NCBI GenBank assembly: GCA_963693365.1
Contig: CAVNZM010000006.1
Location: 3,162,001 to 3,226,000 of the forward strand
Length of the DNA stretch: 64,000 nucleotides
Direction: 5' to 3'
Source: Amoebidium appalachense
Lineage: Eukaryota > Protista > Ichthyosporea
A program made the translations under genes and the position numbers. Shown in pieces: positions 40,433-64,000 of this stretch. The notes below the pieces were generated by a model, which was not told where the DNA came from, ran no database searches, and saw only the letters and a list, made by a program, of their open reading frames with translations. The first letter of the stretch is position 1, and every line of letters begins with the position of its first letter.

Positions 40433-40820
40433 ACGCGTATGTGAGTGAGTGCGTGCGTGTGTGTGTGCGAGCGTGTGTCTGTGCGTAGCGTGCATGCTTG
40501 TGTATGTTTGCATGTGTATATATGTGTATGCACTCACCTGAAGTTCAAATTAGAAGTGCTTGACTTAAGTAACTTAAGTGTTCGATCACTAAAAAAAGTC
40601 AGAAGGAAATGACGTGGTGACCGTCATCCCCCCTCCCTGTCCCTATATCCCCTTGCCCCTCCCCCCCCCCCCCCCCACACACACACACCATCACATTCGT
40701 TCTCTTTCCTCGTATGACGCCCTTCTCCTTCCCTCCACTCTGCCTCTCCTATCTTGCTCTCCCTCTCACAATCACACATCTACACGCACGTGCACAAACA
40801 TATACGCACACACACACACA

Positions 40821-40867
<47 letters not shown>

Positions 40868-41845
40868 CTCTCTGCTCCCTGTCCCCCCCCCCCTCTCTCT
40901 CTCTTCTCTCTCTCTCTCTCTCTCCCCCCCCCCCCCCCCCCCCCCCTCTCTTCCTCTCTCCCTCTCTCACTCTCGGTGTATGTGTGTGTGTGTCCGGCGT
41001 GTGTGCGTGTGTGCGTGTGTGCGTGCCTGCCTCTCATTTACACGCACACACGCCCCACGCACACACCCTCTGCATGTCTCCCTCTCTTTCGGAGTGTGAG
41101 TGTCTCAGTGCACGTGTGCATTTGTGCTTGTGTGGTTGTGCACGTGTTTGTGTGTGAGTGTGTGTGAAACCATGCATCCAGCCCGTTTCCCTGGTATACA
41201 GATTGGCACATACGCCAAACTTCTCCCACAGTGCAACGTAAGATTAACCCCATTTACAACACCCCCCCCCTCCCCCCCCTCCCCCCTTATCCCCCAGTTC
41301 AGGAAAAAAAAATGCCCACGCGCACGCATACACACACCACCGTGACACACGCGCGTGCGCACACCAGCCCATGCATATACAAGAAACCACCAGATTTTGC
41401 CCGGTGTCATCGCTATCCGTCAGCTTTGCTGCTTTGCTCATATTTGCTCTCTCCTCTGGAGTTTGTTCACTGGCCCCACCGGACCAAACCGGTGGTTTGT
41501 GACCACGGACAAGCTTTCAGTGTGCCCGCACAAACGTTTTACAGAATAGGCAGAGAATCCGAAGCAGCCAAGGGCCTGAACATGAACGTGTAATTGTTTC
41601 ATGAGAAAAGATGCCTAAAATAGCGATTGAAACTTTTTTCCCCCTTCCGTTTCGTCCCCCTTCATTCACCCCCCCCCCCCCCCCTCCCCGCTCCCCCCGC
41701 TCCCCCAACATGTGCGCACATACGGCCGCCAGGCGCCACTGCTGCATGCCTGAGCCGGCGCCAGACCGCCAGTTTTTCGGAGGGCCTAATCGACTAGTAT
41801 CAACCATTTATAGCCACGACCCCCCCCCCCCCCCCCTCCCTCCCC

Positions 41846-41932
<87 letters not shown>

Positions 41933-43107
41933 CTCCCCATACCCATCTTTCCCATCCTCTCAGCCGCTCTCCATGCATGAGCAAAGGTTCTGACACTCGG
42001 TTTGCTTTTACGATGTGCTTGTTCTCTCTCTCTCTCTCCTCCCCTCTCTCCCGGGCCCTCCCTCCCTCCCTCCCTCCCTCCCTCTCTCTCTCTCCCCCCC
42101 CCCCACCCACCCACCCAAACCCCCCCCCCCCCACTCCCTCCCTCCCTCCCGCCCTCCCTCCCATCCCCACTCGTGTGTATGTGTGTGTTTACATATATGA
42201 TATGATATTTCAATATCACACACACACTCTCTCTCTCTCTCTCCCCCTCCTCCTCCCCCCCTTCCGTTGTTCACTCAGCACCGTCAGCTCTCACATGCAC
42301 ACACGGTCTCTTTCTTTCCCTCCCTTTCTCCCCATCTCTTCCCCCCTTCCCCTCCCTCCCCCTCCCCCCCCCCCCCCCCCTCCCGCCCCCCACCCCCCGC
42401 TGCCGTCCTCCCCACCCGTCCTCTTTCTCCCTCCATCCTTGCTAATCCTCCCCCCCCCCTCCCCCCCCTTCCCCCCCCCCTCTTTCTCTTCACGCTCCTT
42501 GTGACGCACACACATGAAAGCACACACACATACACACACACACACACCCACTTTCTCTCCCCTCCCCCCCTCTCTTTCTCTCTCTCCCCCTCTCACTCAC
42601 TCACTCACTCACTCACTCACTCTCTCTTCTCAATCACTCTACCACACCCTCTCCCAAGCACACATGGTCTCTCTTAACCTTTTCCCTACTCTCCCCCCCC
42701 CTCCCCTCCCCCCCCAAACCATCAAAGTTCCTACACCTTCTGAACATCGTCCAAACACAATTCGACAAGATAGGGCACGGGCATGTTATTATGTACCACC
42801 ACCCATCCCACCACTCTATGCCCCACCACAGGGCCTAGGCCTGCCCAGTTGCAATTGCCGATGCCAAAAATAGCTGAAAGATGGCATTTCCGGCTTTCGG
42901 AGGCTGTGCTTTGTAAAAATCATTACTCTCAGTCAATGAATTTCGTTGAATTCATTGCAGTAATATTACCAAAATACACTGTCTAAGCATTCCTGCATTA
43001 CAAATACCTGTACACGTGCCATACATACTCAAGGATACCTTATACGAAATCAAATGCATCTACGTTCACAAACATTGCTCAATAAAAAACACATGCACAT
43101 ACGGACA

Positions 43108-54842
<11,735 letters not shown>

Positions 54843-55665
54843 TCCCCTGCGTTTCCCTTTGTCCTTAGGGTGTTATTTAGAGAGTGCACATATGAAAGGA
54901 AATAATCCCAGAAAGCTGTGCTGACGTGACTCACAGGACAAATGAACTTCCAATCGTGGGGGTCGTGTACACGCTACACATCCCTCAATCAACCACCTCT
55001 CTCTTCTACTTAAGCTACTTCTAGCCTAACCCAAATGTGGCCGCTCCATCCAGCTCCCGTGTCCTACTTACTGTAGCTAGCCTACTTCGGGTTTTTCTGA
55101 TCATCACGATGCGCAGGTGACCGTTCCACACAGGATCTATTTTTTCGCGCCAAAATTCGTAATATCATAATTTCTTACATTTAATTGGTGGATCTAGCTC
55201 ACTTACGTCACCTAGTTTCCCCTCCCACTCTCCCACCTGCGAAAAACGGAGGTCGCAGCTGGAGGTCGCCCTGTTCACTCTGCAAAACGTACTCCGGCGT
55301 AACGGCAGGCGAAAGATCACTGCATGTTGGCTTAAGGGGACGACAAATAAACACAACCAAGGTATGTTCAGTAACCTGCATTAGGATACATTCCCCGTGG
55401 TTTGCTCCTTGCCTCCTTGCCGATTATTTCTTCTCTCCACAATCTTTCGCGTGGCATTCCTTGTTTTCATGGTCGGGGGTGGGATGTGAGCGGCCGGGGC
55501 GGCAGGGCTATGGAGAAGGTGAAGGGTGTTGTCGATAGGAGTTACAGGAATTAGAAAACGGGGGAAAAAAGTAGTCAGAGCCCAAAAAAGCGACTGGTTA
55601 AGCTGCATTCCTCATAGCGTTGTGTTCCATTCTTCCCCTTCCAAGTTTACCCTTGCCACAGGAAA
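54843..55665. promoter_or_regulatory. Probable bidirectional promoter (ASNSD1 / M16C peptidase) with a likely 5'UTR intron
   Basis: Head-to-head ATGs 823 bp apart; repeat-free; CRE-like tgacgtga (~54923) and ttacgtca (~55203); donor aag|gtatgt ~55362 and acceptor cacag| at 55661. Confidence 0.45.

Positions 55666-64000
<8,335 letters not shown>

Overview
Eukaryotic, intron-rich genomic DNA. A unicellular holozoan such as an ichthyosporean is my inference, from LRR1, a Smaug-type SAM domain and TTAGGG-like repeats. Most of the ORF track is microsatellite noise. Six genes can be reconstructed by hand: an intronless Smaug/Vts1-type SAM protein (+), LRR1 (-), an intronless orphan ORF (+), mitochondrial intermediate peptidase MIPEP/Oct1 (-, about 22 exons over 22 kb), ASNSD1 (-), and a partial M16C metallopeptidase of the SDD3/C05D11.1 type (+). 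Introns are packed with 20-60 nt C/G homopolymers and (CA)n, and (CA)n often abuts the 3' splice site in place of a polypyrimidine tract. The most notable system is a degenerate Penelope-like reverse transcriptase in a MIPEP intron. It is followed by a long, apparently structured 3' non-coding region whose terminal segment recurs as 5 clear (plus 1 possible) 5'-truncated copies. All copies sit in poly-C tracts and are co-oriented with the host gene. Other features are a telomere-repeat foldback ending exactly at a splice donor, a tandem duplication of a splice acceptor, nested MITEs and a 9-nt microexon. Exon coordinates and base-pairings were read by eye and need computational confirmation.
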